From Schmidtea polychroa (taxonomy: Eukaryota), in NCBI GenBank assembly GCA_044892525.1, contig CM097885.1, positions 40,798,001 through 40,862,000 on the forward strand: 64,000 nt of DNA, read 5' to 3'. The position numbers and the translations under genes are program-made. Of this stretch, positions 52,092-64,000 are shown piece by piece (the first letter of the stretch is position 1; each line of letters starts with the position of its first letter). The notes beneath the pieces are model-generated. The model was not told the origin of the DNA. It did no database searches and saw nothing but the letters and a program-made list of their open reading frames with translations.

Positions 52092-52499
52092 TTATTTTGA
52101 TACAATCTGACTCGAGTGGTGATTTCTCAAAGTCTTTACCAAACACCATTCAACATATTGTTGATAACGGAAATTGCAACAGCTACATCCGAAAATGCAA
52201 GGAGCCTCTGCTTTCATTTCTTTCATCACCCTTCCTATCTTGATATCCCATAGAAAAGTGTTTATTATATCGAATATCCAGATTCGTGTTTGGTTGTATA
52301 CCAAATCCGGAATGATAGCTGGATCTCTATCTTGTAGAATTTCATTTAATTCTGGATAATAGAAGCATAATCTTTGCAGGATAATTGATTGATATTCATC
52401 TGTAAAAATTTGAAATTAATGTAATAATAAAAATTTGAAATTACCATAATTTGCATGCTCTTTCATTGAGGTGATTGCGGAACTTTGTATGTTGTACAT
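52092..52499 (-). CDS. ~120-aa Cys-cluster orphan protein; join(52499-52445,52399-52092)
   Basis: In-phase 45-bp GT-AG intron; PCIFGCSCC motif; homolog in copy B. Confidence 0.7.
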
Positions 52500-52620
52500 T
52501 TTTGTTGAATAAATGACAACTAAACCGAAAACATTTTGTTATAAATAATCATCAGCCAATTAGATTTCGTCCAATCAGAATCATGCATTTCAATTGCATT
52601 GAATTTGCAATGATAAATAA

Positions 52621-53084
52621 TTAATTAAGTGATAATAGAAAATCTAAAAATTCATTTCCTTCAATTATTGATTTATTTTCAGATATGATATTATCAACTA
52701 TACATTTGTAATCAATATTTTTTATTCCAAGAATTACTATCTTACCGCTAGCGAATATATTTACACACATAGGGTTATATTTTATATATCTCAAAGCTGG
52801 AAATAATTCTGGTTCGTAAAAGCATGGTATTAATTTAGCCAATTTATTTAAATTACAAGAAAAACCTATATCGGAAGTTACGGTTATCGATTGTATTTCT
52901 AAATCATAAACATTATATTCACTAGCTTTGATTATTTCCTTACACCCCATAATTCTACATTTACCAGTTTTGAAATATATTATTGGATATTTTTACTTCT
53001 ATTGATGAGTTGTTGTGGTTTCCCCATTGGAAATATCATTTTTGATACATCAGCTTTTGCCCTGTAATTTATATTTGAAAGCAT
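52621..53084 (-). CDS. TATA-binding-protein (TBP)-like protein; 1-nt frameshift near 52990
   Basis: Repeat 1: MLSNINY..IIYFKTGKCRIMGCK; repeat 2: YEPELFPALRY..VNIFASGKIVILG, matching the TBP signature YEPELFPGL..IFxSGKvvLTG. Confidence 0.85.
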
Positions 53085-53190
53085 TTTAATGAAATAATTA
53101 TAAAAAACTCAGTTATATATAGTTATTTTAAAAGTAGTTCATTTAAATTATCAATATAAACAATAATTATATATAGTTTAAATTTAAAAA

Positions 53191-53829
53191 ATGGAATTAC
53201 GAAATGATGCAGTATACCAAATCGTTGGTCCGAGTGGTAGTGGAAAAACATTATTTGTTTGTAAATTACTAAAATCTAATTTGTTCAAAACAAAATTCAA
53301 CAATATTTATTGGCATAGGGGCGCCGATGAAGAACATGGATTGACACAATCAAGTTTCTGTCAATTGAAAAACATGAAAATAGTAAAGGGTTTTGATAAA
53401 AAATGGTCAAGTCTTTTGAAGAAAGATGATGTCATCATTATCGATGATTTGTATCAAGAAGCCAATAAAGAAAAGGATTTTAATAATTTATTCACAAAAA
53501 TCAGCAGACATGTTGGTGTAACAGTTATTTTCATAACACAAAATCTATTTCATCAAGGTGGGGCACATCAAACACGTAATTTAAATGTACAATATCTAGT
53601 TATTTTCAAGAATCCTAGAAATGCAACTGTCATTGATTTTCTTGGACGACAAGCATACCCTAATAACCGTAATTTTCTTATCAATGCATTTCAAGATGCT
53701 ACGAAAGTACCTCATGGGTATATATTTCTCGATTTCACACAACAATGTCCTGATGATATACGGGTAAAAACAGATATTTTCAACCCAAAAGGTGCCATGG
53801 TTTATAAACAAAGTTCAAAACAAATTTGA
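53191..53829 (+). CDS. A32/FtsK-like genome-packaging ATPase
   Basis: Walker A GPSGSGKT, Walker B IIIDD, SRH..ITQN and R.N.QYLVIFKNPR. Confidence 0.93.
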   Translation: MELRNDAVYQIVGPSGSGKTLFVCKLLKSNLFKTKFNNIYWHRGADEEHGLTQSSFCQLKNMKIVKGFDKKWSSLLKKDDVIIIDDLYQEANKEKDFNNLFTKISRHVGVTVIFITQNLFHQGGAHQTRNLNVQYLVIFKNPRNATVIDFLGRQAYPNNRNFLINAFQDATKVPHGYIFLDFTQQCPDDIRVKTDIFNPKGAMVYKQSSKQI

Positions 53830-53842
53830 AAACATATAAATA

Positions 53843-54337
53843 ATGTTTTCAAAAACAAGGATATCGAGTAAAAAACAACCAAAAGTTCCACCAACAACTA
53901 GTTATACTCCATCTAAAGAACTTATTACAGAAAATTTTCCTGCAATGAATCTTATTTCGATAAATCCTAAACCTAGACCTAAAAGTAAAACCACTAAGAA
54001 AGTAAAAGTTGTTAAAAATCATCGGAGTTTCCCGTTTTTCAATACATTGTTAAAGGCACCCAGTATGAAAAGAAACAGTATTTTGCAATCTTTTCCAAAT
54101 TATGTTGTCGATGATTTACTCGATATTATACTTAAAGTAGTCAAAGGCAAGATTAAAATCAGTAAATCTAAAAAGCAATTATTGAGTAAACATAGGAAAC
54201 CTTTGCTATCATTAGTAAATAATAAAAATCGTCAACAAATGAGAAAAATTATATATAAACAACAAGAGGGATTTATCGGTGCATTGATACCTTTAGCAAT
54301 ATCATTATTAGGTGGAATAATAGGAAGTCGATCATAA
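53843..54337 (+). CDS. Basic virion core protein with pX-like C-terminal amphipathic peptide
   Basis: Lys-rich; ends KQQEG/FIGALIPLAISLLGG, resembling adenain-cleaved adenovirus pX tails. Confidence 0.7.
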   Translation: MFSKTRISSKKQPKVPPTTSYTPSKELITENFPAMNLISINPKPRPKSKTTKKVKVVKNHRSFPFFNTLLKAPSMKRNSILQSFPNYVVDDLLDIILKVVKGKIKISKSKKQLLSKHRKPLLSLVNNKNRQQMRKIIYKQQEGFIGALIPLAISLLGGIIGSRS

Positions 54338-54398
54338 ACAATGGGTGCTAATCCTTCATTACCAGACATTAAATTTAATATTAAATCTTCTTGTTGTA

Positions 54399-55136
<738 letters not shown>

Positions 55137-56225
55137 AGTAGAAATGATATCGAGTTTTATATTAATGGTTCGCAAACTGAATATTTAGATTTGAACGATA
55201 CTTTATTGACTGTTCAGATCAAGGTTGTAGATAAAGATAGAAAAGTTTTAGATGCCAATGCGGATGTATTACCAAACAATTTCATGTTTCATACTCTGTT
55301 TAAAGATGCAGTGTTGGGATTTAATAATATCAAGATTGAGGGCGGAAATAATACATTCATTCACAAGGCTTTGATAGAAACTATTTTAAATTACAATTCC
55401 GATACTAAAAATACCTGTCTTACACCTATGGGTTATGCAGCAACAGATGATGAAAGAAAAAAGTGGGTTAAAGGCTCAAAATCATTCACTATGTGCTCAT
55501 CATTACAACTTGATTTTATGGATCAACCGAAATATTTGCTACCAGGAGTTAATGTACACATTAGATTGAAAAGGTCCGATTCTGGTGCACCAATATGCCA
55601 ATTAGTTTATGCAAAATAATTGGTGAGAAGAGTTCGAGTAGACCCGTCAGTATTAGCTGGTCATCAATTGGGTCTTAATTCAAAACATGCAATTTATCCT
55701 TTAAAAACAAAGGAAATTGTACAATTTGCTATTGCTAAAGGTGCTTCATCATTCTATAAACAAATATTTGGTGACAGAAGAATGCCTAATTTTATTCTGG
55801 TAACATTTCAAAGTGAAACGCAATATAATGGATCTTATACTGCTTCCAGCTCAATTTTCAAATATTTTGGTGTTACTTCATTGACTTTGTCGAAAAATAC
55901 TGATTATAGAGAAACATATACTCAAGATTTCGAAAGCGATAATTACTGTGCGACATATATGCAGAGTATTGTTAGAAATCTGGGTTACTTAGATAAAAAC
56001 TTGAATTGTGGAATAACTCTAGAAGAATTTAAAAGCAAATATCCATTTTTCACATTTGTTTTAGCTCCCGATTTTGATTTAAATCAGAGTCAACTACCAC
56101 AAAACGGAAATTTACGACTGGATATTAAGTTTGCAAAGGCCATTACTGAACCGGTACATGTTATAATATATGGAGTATTTGAAAATGAAGTTCAAATTAC
56201 TGCAAATAGAACCGTGCTAGTATAA
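55137..56225 (+). pseudogene. Double jelly-roll major capsid protein; N-terminus missing; TAA at 55617
   Basis: IEFYING..EYLDLNDTLL, DFMDQPKYLLPGV..IRLKR and GNLRLDIKFA..VIIYGVFEN motifs typical of Polinton MCP. Confidence 0.88.
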
Positions 56226-56637
56226 ATGTATACAGAAACACAAAAAGTTGTCATGGAGTAAGTTTTTTGATAATGTTTAATTTTATTAAAGTAGTTCTGT
56301 TCAGGTTAATCGAATTGGAAAACAAATATTAGGAAATGAATTTGTAGGTGTTTTTCCTCTCGATAAAATTCCTTATTTGAGCAATAATAAAGCCATAATC
56401 GTCAATACTCATTCGTCTCATCTTGGTGGAGAACATTGGATAGCTATATATGTGAAACCTAGTAATATATTCGTATTCGATCCTATGGGTTTCTATTATC
56501 CTGCTTTGTTGATATCAAAACTTCAAACAATGGGGAAACCTATTGTATATAATAAAACTATGTTTCAAAATCCATTGACTCAAACATGTGGTCAACACTG
56601 TTTGGCATGGTTGTTGTATAAAAAAATTGATGGTTAA
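56226..56637 (+). CDS. Adenain-like cysteine protease with a short 5' intron (probably 56258-56294)
   Basis: FVGVFPLD, GEHW, FDPMG and FQ..TCGQHC supply the catalytic H-D-Q-C set. Confidence 0.9.
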
Positions 56638-57009
56638 TAAATGTATACTGTATGATTTTTATTTGTTGACTATTTTAATTATTTGTTAAATATTGTTAAA
56701 TATTATTATTTGTTAAATATTATTATTTTATGTTTAATATATTATTTGTTAAATTTTATGTTTAAAAATATTATGTAATACTATTACATGTTCAGTGCAT
56801 GCACAGTGCAAAGTAACAAAGCACTGAGTAATAAAGACATGTAAAGGTCATTATTTCGTCATGGTTTGTATAAACAAACATGTAGTGTCTTTTCCTATCC
56901 TATCTCTATTTTCATTGGTCGGTTAATAAAACCTGTAATATCTCTCTTATATAGTCTACACTTTCATTTTTTCATCACTTTTAAAAATCTATTAATAATA
57001 TTTAACAAC

Positions 57010-60000
57010 ATGAACAACAACACCAACAACAACAATATTCAAAGAGTTGACGGAAAGGTCGTTGGAGGAATTAATGGTAAATTTATTATTTTATTATTTT
57101 TAATATGATTATTAGGTACTAATCAACAAATTAAAATGAATATCGACGGACAAGCTGTAGACATGAATAGAATAAATGGTAATAGTTTACTATTATAATC
57201 ATTATTATTTTTATTATGCTTTTAGATGGAAATGTAATAAATACTTCTGATGGTTCTGATGCTGGAAAATTTCTTTCGAAAGGACGAAAATGTAAGTATT
57301 TATTTATTTATTGTTATAAGTTTTTAAGTTTTTTAAACAATTTTAATAATAATAATAATAATAATAATTAAAAGAGGATTATAAAGAAACTTATGAAAAG
57401 AAGATTTATTCATGAAAAGAAGATTTATGAAAAGAAGATTTATTTATTTATAATGATTTTGAAAAGAAGATTTATTTATTTATGATGATTTTGAACATTA
57501 TAATTAATAACTTTTATATATATTATTTATGAAAATAAAATCTATTTTAGAAAATGAATTAGTTATTTATGAAAATGAATTAAATTATTTATGAAAACGA
57601 ATTAAATTATATATTTTATAATATTTTTTATAATATTTTTTATAAGATACTATTTAAAAGACAATTTTGAATAATATCTTACGAAAAATATCTTAAACTT
57701 TAAAAATGATTATTAAAATTATCTTAATATTTTTTAAACATTTTATGATAAAAATATTTTCATAGGTTTGAAATACCAAAACTTTTGCAATAGTCAATAT
57801 CATAATGACTGCGATGATATAATGGAAAGATATTATAGTCATAAATATAACGGTGTCACCTACATCCTATGCCCTAAATGTGAGGTTATTGAAGTTATAA
57901 CGTATAAGGAATTTTATAATAAGCATAGACTCCATCTCCAACAATTTAAACCTTCTAAGAAGTCTCTTTTCTATAGCTTATATGAATCGTTTGTTAATAA
58001 TAATAATAATAATAATAATATCAACAACAATAATAATAATAATATCAACAACAACAATAATAATAATATCAACAGCAATAATAATAATATCAACAACAAT
58101 AATAATAATAATATCATCAACAATAATACTAACAACACCAATAATAATGATATAAACGAAATAACTAAACTAAAAGATCAAGTAAATAAATTAAATGATC
58201 AAATAAATAATCTAATTAATATGAATAAAAGAAAAAATAATGAAAAAATAAATTCAATACCAAGTAAAAGATCTAAAGTTATTGATGTAATTACAATAAG
58301 TGATGATGAAATAATCAACATAAGTGATGATGAAATTGATAATAGTAGTAGTAGTAGTAGTAATATTTATTATAATAATGGTAATAATAATAATAATAAT
58401 ATTAATCAAATAGGTTATGGTGTCGTAGATGTCACCAGTGATTTAAATAATAATCATATTATATTAAAAATGGACGTTTCGTCTTTAGATTTAAAAACGG
58501 TCTCTGTACCGGACATTTTAATAAATAAATTAAAATTATATGTAAATAAATTAAAATCATGTAAAATTCAATTTTGTCTAAAGGTGGAATTTATAAAAGA
58601 TGATGAGTTACAATCTTTTGTAATCTCGAATTCCGCCCGAGTTTGGAGCGATACATTCATTGACGAAGGTATTGCTCGTTTAAATGAAAAAATAATTAAA
58701 ATTAATGAGAAAGGTAGTAATTGGACTATCAATAAAATAGAATACATAAGCTTTGTTCTGACTAAATTTGCTAAAATAAGTCGGTTAAGTGGTAGAAGTT
58801 TTATTGAAACCCCAAAATCTTTAAGAAACTTAAGCTGTCTCGTTAATGTAGTTAATAATGACCACTTCTGTTTTTTGTATAGTTTCTTGTCAATTATTAA
58901 ATATGATAGTATAAATAGGCAATATAGAAATCGCCCTAATTCATACAATGTTTCTGAAATTAAATTTGATCCTAATGATATGCCGATGAAACTATCAAAT
59001 ATAAGTAAATTTGAACAACAAAATCCAGGTTATAGTATAAATGTTCTTACTTATAACGAAAAGGCTTTGATTGACATTTCCGATGAAGATGCAGTTATGA
59101 AACATCCCTTTATTGATATAATATACAGGAGTAAGATAGTAGGAGCCATACCTATCAATTTATTATTAATTGAAAAGAATGATAATTATCATTATCTTGG
59201 AATCACAGACCTAAATAGATTCCTTAATTGTTGGAATAGTTCAATCACTCCTGTTAGGATTTGTAGTCAGTGGTGCCCTAGATGTTTAAACGGTTTTAGA
59301 AATGATGACGCTTTTAATAGACATAAGGGTCTTTGTGATAAAAATCAGCTTGGTACTACCTTGTACACATTGCCTAAAAATAAATATTTAGAATTTACTG
59401 ATTGGAGTAAAACAGTCACTCCTCCCTTTGTTATTTACGCTGACTTTGAGGCTATCTTACCTAAAGACACTCGCTACTTTCAACGTCATCTGCCTATTTC
59501 TGCCGGTATGCTTTTTATTAATAATTTTACGGGCGTAAAAATTTATAAGTCGTTCACCGGTTTAGATTGTGTCGATCAATTTCTTACTGAAATTGAAATG
59601 ATAGGGAAATATATTGTAACTCCTTATTATTATAAAAATTATCAAAAGAAAATGATAATTACAGATGAGCAACAATTAATGTTTAAAAACAGCACATCAT
59701 GCTATTTGTGCAATAAGCCTTTAGTTAGTCCAGTTAGGGACCATGATCATTTTACCGGTCTATATCTCGGTGCCGCTTCTACAACTTGTAATCTGTCGAG
59801 GCAAATTAGACATACCCTTCCTGTAGTCTTTCATAATTTAAAGGGTTATGATCTGCATCATATCTTGAAATTTGGCCTTTCAAAATATCATTCATGGAAT
59901 ATTAGTTGTATTCCTTTAACCAGCGAGAAATTCCTTAGTCTTTTTGCTAGGATTGATTCATTAACTGTTAAATTTATAGACTCTTATCAATTTGTCAGCG

Positions 60001-61840
60001 AGTCTTTAAATAATGCTGTCAAAACTTTATCATCTTTACTCTTGACCGAATCAGAATTTCAGGGTACAATAATAACTGCCAAGGGGATTTTTCCTTATGA
60101 TGCCGCAACTTCATTAGAGGTTTTACATAACACTCGTCAGTTACCTCCTATTTGGAAAGATGTGACTCCCGCTGAATATGAGACAGCTCAGCGAATTTGG
60201 GTTGAAACTTCATGTACTTCACTTTTCGATTACATGATGGTTTATTTAAAACTTGATGTTTTCCTTTTAGCCGATTTTTTCCAGCAATTTAGAGCTAAGT
60301 CCATTGCTCATAACCGACTAGAGCCATTAAATTTCTTAGGGATTCCAGGTATGTCTTGGAATTCAGCCTTATTAACTTTAAACTCTCCAATTGAGCTCCT
60401 CACCGATATGGAGATGTATAACTTTTTCGAGGGCGGTATCCGTGGCGGACTAACTTTTGTAAATAAACATTATGTAAAAACAGATCCGGATACCGCTTTG
60501 CTTTACATAGATATAAATAATTTATACGGTTGGGCTTTAAGTCAACCATTACCTTGCAGTGACTTTGAATGGGTTACTGATGATAATTTATTAAATAATA
60601 TAATTGTTGAATGCACAACGGTAGATTTAGATCTGCTTGATTATGGTTATACCATAGAAGTGGATTTAGAAATACCGACGTCAATTCACGTCAAACTGGA
60701 CGATCTTCCCGTTGCCGCTGAAAAGATGTGTGTACCGGGTTCGAAAATAGAGAAGCTGTTGCTTACACACAGCCCCAAGAGGAACTATGTTCTTCATTGG
60801 AGGCTTCTACAAATATTTATTAAATTAGGTGTTAAAATATCAAAAACACATAGAGCAATTAAATTTAAACAAGATAAAATTTTCAAAAGTATATTAACAC
60901 AAATACGGCGTTACGAGCAGCGTCGACAAATAAACTCGATAAAAATGTTTATAAATTATTAAACAACAGTCTTTACGGCAAGACTGTTGAAAATCTTAAA
61001 AAACGTATTAATTTACGTCTGTGTAATTCTTCACAGAGATTATTAACATTCTGTTCGAAACCGACTTTTCGTAAATCCACGAAAATCGATGATGACTTGA
61101 TTTCGGTTTTATTGAGGAAGGACATAGTGTGTTTGAATAGACCTAGTTACATTGGTCAAACCGTACTTGATTTATCCAAACTCAGGATGTACCAGCTGCA
61201 GTATGAAGAGTTGCAAAAATATCGCTACGAATTCAACTGCGAAATTAATATCGTTGCTGGAGACACAGATTCCTTCTTCTTGGAAATTAAACATTGTAGT
61301 CTTGACATTCTTTTACCTGCGATGATTAGAGATCAATTATTAGATACTTCGAATTATGACCCAAATCATCCTTTATATAGTAGGAACCTTGATTCTGTCA
61401 TTGGTAAATTCAAAGACGAGAATAAAGGGTTATTATATAAAGATTGGGTGTTCTTGAGACCTAAATGTTACAGTTTGATGGGTGTTGAGGAAAGTATGAA
61501 GGCTAAGGGGATAAGTATGAAAGATACTGGACTAACACATCAGTCGTATCTAGATTGTTATTTAAATGATAAAATATACACAGTCCCTCAGTTTAGAATA
61601 ACGTCAAAAAATCACCAACTTTTTAGTATTAAAAATAATAAAAGAGCCTTGACATGTAGAGATGATAAGCGAAATTGGGTGGATAAAAATCAAAGTTTGG
61701 CATATGGCCATTATAGGGGCGGTGACACCGATATATTTATAGATTCAACGAAACCTATCTCAGCAGATGATACAGATGATTTCCATGATCCAGCAGATGA
61801 TAATTATTTTGGACATGATTATTTTCGAAGATGTGTTTAA
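57010..61840 (+). CDS. Protein-primed family B DNA polymerase; join(57010-57076,57116-57178,57226-57291,57766-61840); 1-nt frameshift near 60886
   Basis: ExoI YADFE, ExoII FHNLKGYD, EndoVII-like CYLC..RDHDHFTG, motif A YIDINNLYG, motif B KLLNNSLYGK (shifted frame), motif C GDTDS, KAKG; 5' exons in phase. Confidence 0.93.
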
Positions 61841-62087
61841 ATTATTTAATAAATGTATTAGTCATATTGTCTTGAATATTTTTTAACTTTGTGAACAATT
61901 TTTATACATTGTGTGTAATAATAATATGTTAAAGTTTTATTAGTTACCTTTATAACCTTTACCCAGTGTGTTAATAAATTTTAGTGTATATTTAAAGTAT
62001 AATTTCTTTGTTAATGTTTTGTCTTGAATATTTGTGACCTTTACCTTTGTGACCTTTACCTTTGTGAGCAGTACCCATAATAATAAT

Positions 62088-62090
62088 AAT

Positions 62091-62136
<46 letters not shown>

Positions 62137-62702
62137 TTAGAAAATATGTGTTTTATTACATTGTTTAATAATATCATTGTACCCTTGCGAGTTGTTGAGC
62201 GTGACCAGTACCCTTGTGAGCAGTACCCATAAGGGGACAGAATATTTTGTCGGATAGACTCGGAGTATATAGATTAATAATACTAATATATCAATAGCTA
62301 TCGATGAGAACACTAACTTGTTGCGTGTGTGGACATTAATAATATTTTTTATACCTTGTGTGTGACAGAATATCTTGTCTGATAGACTATATTGTGTGTA
62401 ATAATAATTTTATCAACTTAACGGTCAAAATAAGTTTTTTAAAATACCGCAACGTAATATATTTAATAATTAAAATATAATAAATTTCAAAATACCGCAA
62501 CGTAATATAAATTTCAAAATACCGCAACGTAATATAAATTTTAAAATACCGCAACGTAATATAAATTTTTAAAAAAAATTTTTAAAAAAATTTAAAAAAA
62601 AAGAAAAAACATACCCCTCCCCCAGGGGTATGACGCCATATGTCTTTGTGACGTCATCGATGACGTCACATGTCTTTGTTCCCGGGTCCACACAATACCC
62701 TA
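62088..62702. repeat. Polinton right TIR
   Basis: Reverse complement of the left TIR with a few substitutions. Confidence 0.93.
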
Positions 62703-62715
62703 ATAATAATACCGA

Positions 62716-62755
<40 letters not shown>

Positions 62756-63565
62756 TCCTAAATATGTTAAGAAATTGACCTAACCTATTCTTAAAATTCT
62801 TCAAAGTCGTATTTCAAAAACGTTAAATCTAAAGGCTTCTTATAAAAATAATATTTAAGCTAAGTATCAAAATAAAATACGATCAGTTTTTACTTTCTAC
62901 TTCTCTTGTGAATTCTGAATCACAACTTAAGTGAAAGAATTTCTATCTCGAATTCCCTTATCTTCGGTTTTTCCTTTTCTCATCGGGAACAGTCTATTAA
63001 TTTCTTCTGAAATTCTAGGAGTTAATCCTCTTAAAATGAGTTGTTTCTCCTTCTGATATACTATGGGTTCGTTCAGGTATAGTTAATTTTTCTTGTATTT
63101 TTAGTGGTTTCTGTCCGAAAATATTTTGTTGATTCTGTAGTTGATTACTTTTCTAATCTTCTCCGAAATATTGTTAAATGGGTTCAGTAGTTATTATTTC
63201 TGCATACTTAGTTATTTTCCTTTAAAAATGTTTTACTTCAGTTGACTTTTTATGGGTTTCTTGAGCATAATTTTAATTTTAAACTTATTTTAATTTCAAT
63301 ATTATTCTCACCTAATTTTAATTTAATTTAATTTAATTTAATTGTTTTTAATATTTTAATATTTAATTTTAATTTAATATAACTTAAATTTATTTTAATA
63401 TTATCAAAATATTATGAAAATATTTTTATTTATCCAATATTAATTGAATAAATACAATATTAATATTTTTCTATATTTATTTCCTTAAAATGTATATAAG
63501 GAATAAAATAAAAAAAATAATAATATTTTGTTTAAATATCTAATTTATTCTTATTATTATTAATC

Positions 63566-64000
63566 ATGACTAAATTTACAATTGAAAGAAAAAAACTCGT
63601 TGTTGTTTTAATCGGATTGCCAGCAAGAGGTAAATCATACGTTTCGAAAAAACTTTGTAAATATTTCAACTGGTTGAATATTTCTGCACAAATTTTCAAT
63701 GTTGGTAACTACAGACGAGAACTTGAAGGAGAGTACACGGGAAATAATTTTTTCGATGGAAACAATGGCGATGCTCAAAAGATTCGTAAATTGTCTGCCG
63801 ACTCAGCAATGAATGACATGATTGATTGGTTAGAAAACCATGACGGAAATATCGCGTTTTACGACGCAACTAACACGACCCGTGAAAGACGTCATTGGAT
63901 TGAAATGTCCGTCAGTCAACATCAAATCGACATTTTGTATCTAGAAATTATATGTGATGATCAAGATACGATCAATGAAAATATTGAAAAAGTCAAATTA
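63566..64000 (+). CDS. PFKFB: 6-phosphofructo-2-kinase/fructose-2,6-bisphosphatase, 5' part (runs off the window)
   Basis: LIGLPARGKSY, FNVGNYRR, FYDATNTTRERR and EIICDD; absent from the ORF track because no stop lies in the window. Confidence 0.93.
   Translation, partial: MTKFTIERKKLVVVLIGLPARGKSYVSKKLCKYFNWLNISAQIFNVGNYRRELEGEYTGNNFFDGNNGDAQKIRKLSADSAMNDMIDWLENHDGNIAFYDATNTTRERRHWIEMSVSQHQIDILYLEIICDDQDTINENIEKVKL

Overview
AT-rich eukaryotic (metazoan) DNA with short GT-AG introns and long (TAA)n/(TA)n tracts; this pattern suggests a flatworm-like invertebrate, which is inference only. Host genes: a 10-exon ezrin/radixin/moesin (ERM) gene (10844-37003), a broken intronless EGF-repeat gene (7379-8498) and the 5' end of a PFKFB gene (63566 to window end). 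Most other sequence is transposon-derived: a full-length dead hAT, a near-intact Ty3/Gypsy element with unusual TA...TA LTR ends, pogo, Tc1 and mariner relics, and several MITEs with clear target-site duplications (TSDs). The main result is a cluster of Polinton/Maverick (adintovirus-like) endogenous viruses at 35.5-62.7 kb. A ~13.2-kb element with ~620-640-bp terminal inverted repeats (TIRs) encodes pPolB, integrase, packaging ATPase, capsid and adenain protease. It also carries a spliced Bcl-2-family gene, a TBP-like gene and three orphan genes, and several core viral genes contain spliceosomal introns. Two older, diverged Polinton relics nearby also carry the Bcl-2 gene with the intron at the same position, so the cargo looks like a stable part of this virus lineage. 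All copies here have disabling lesions; some homopolymer frameshifts could be sequencing errors.
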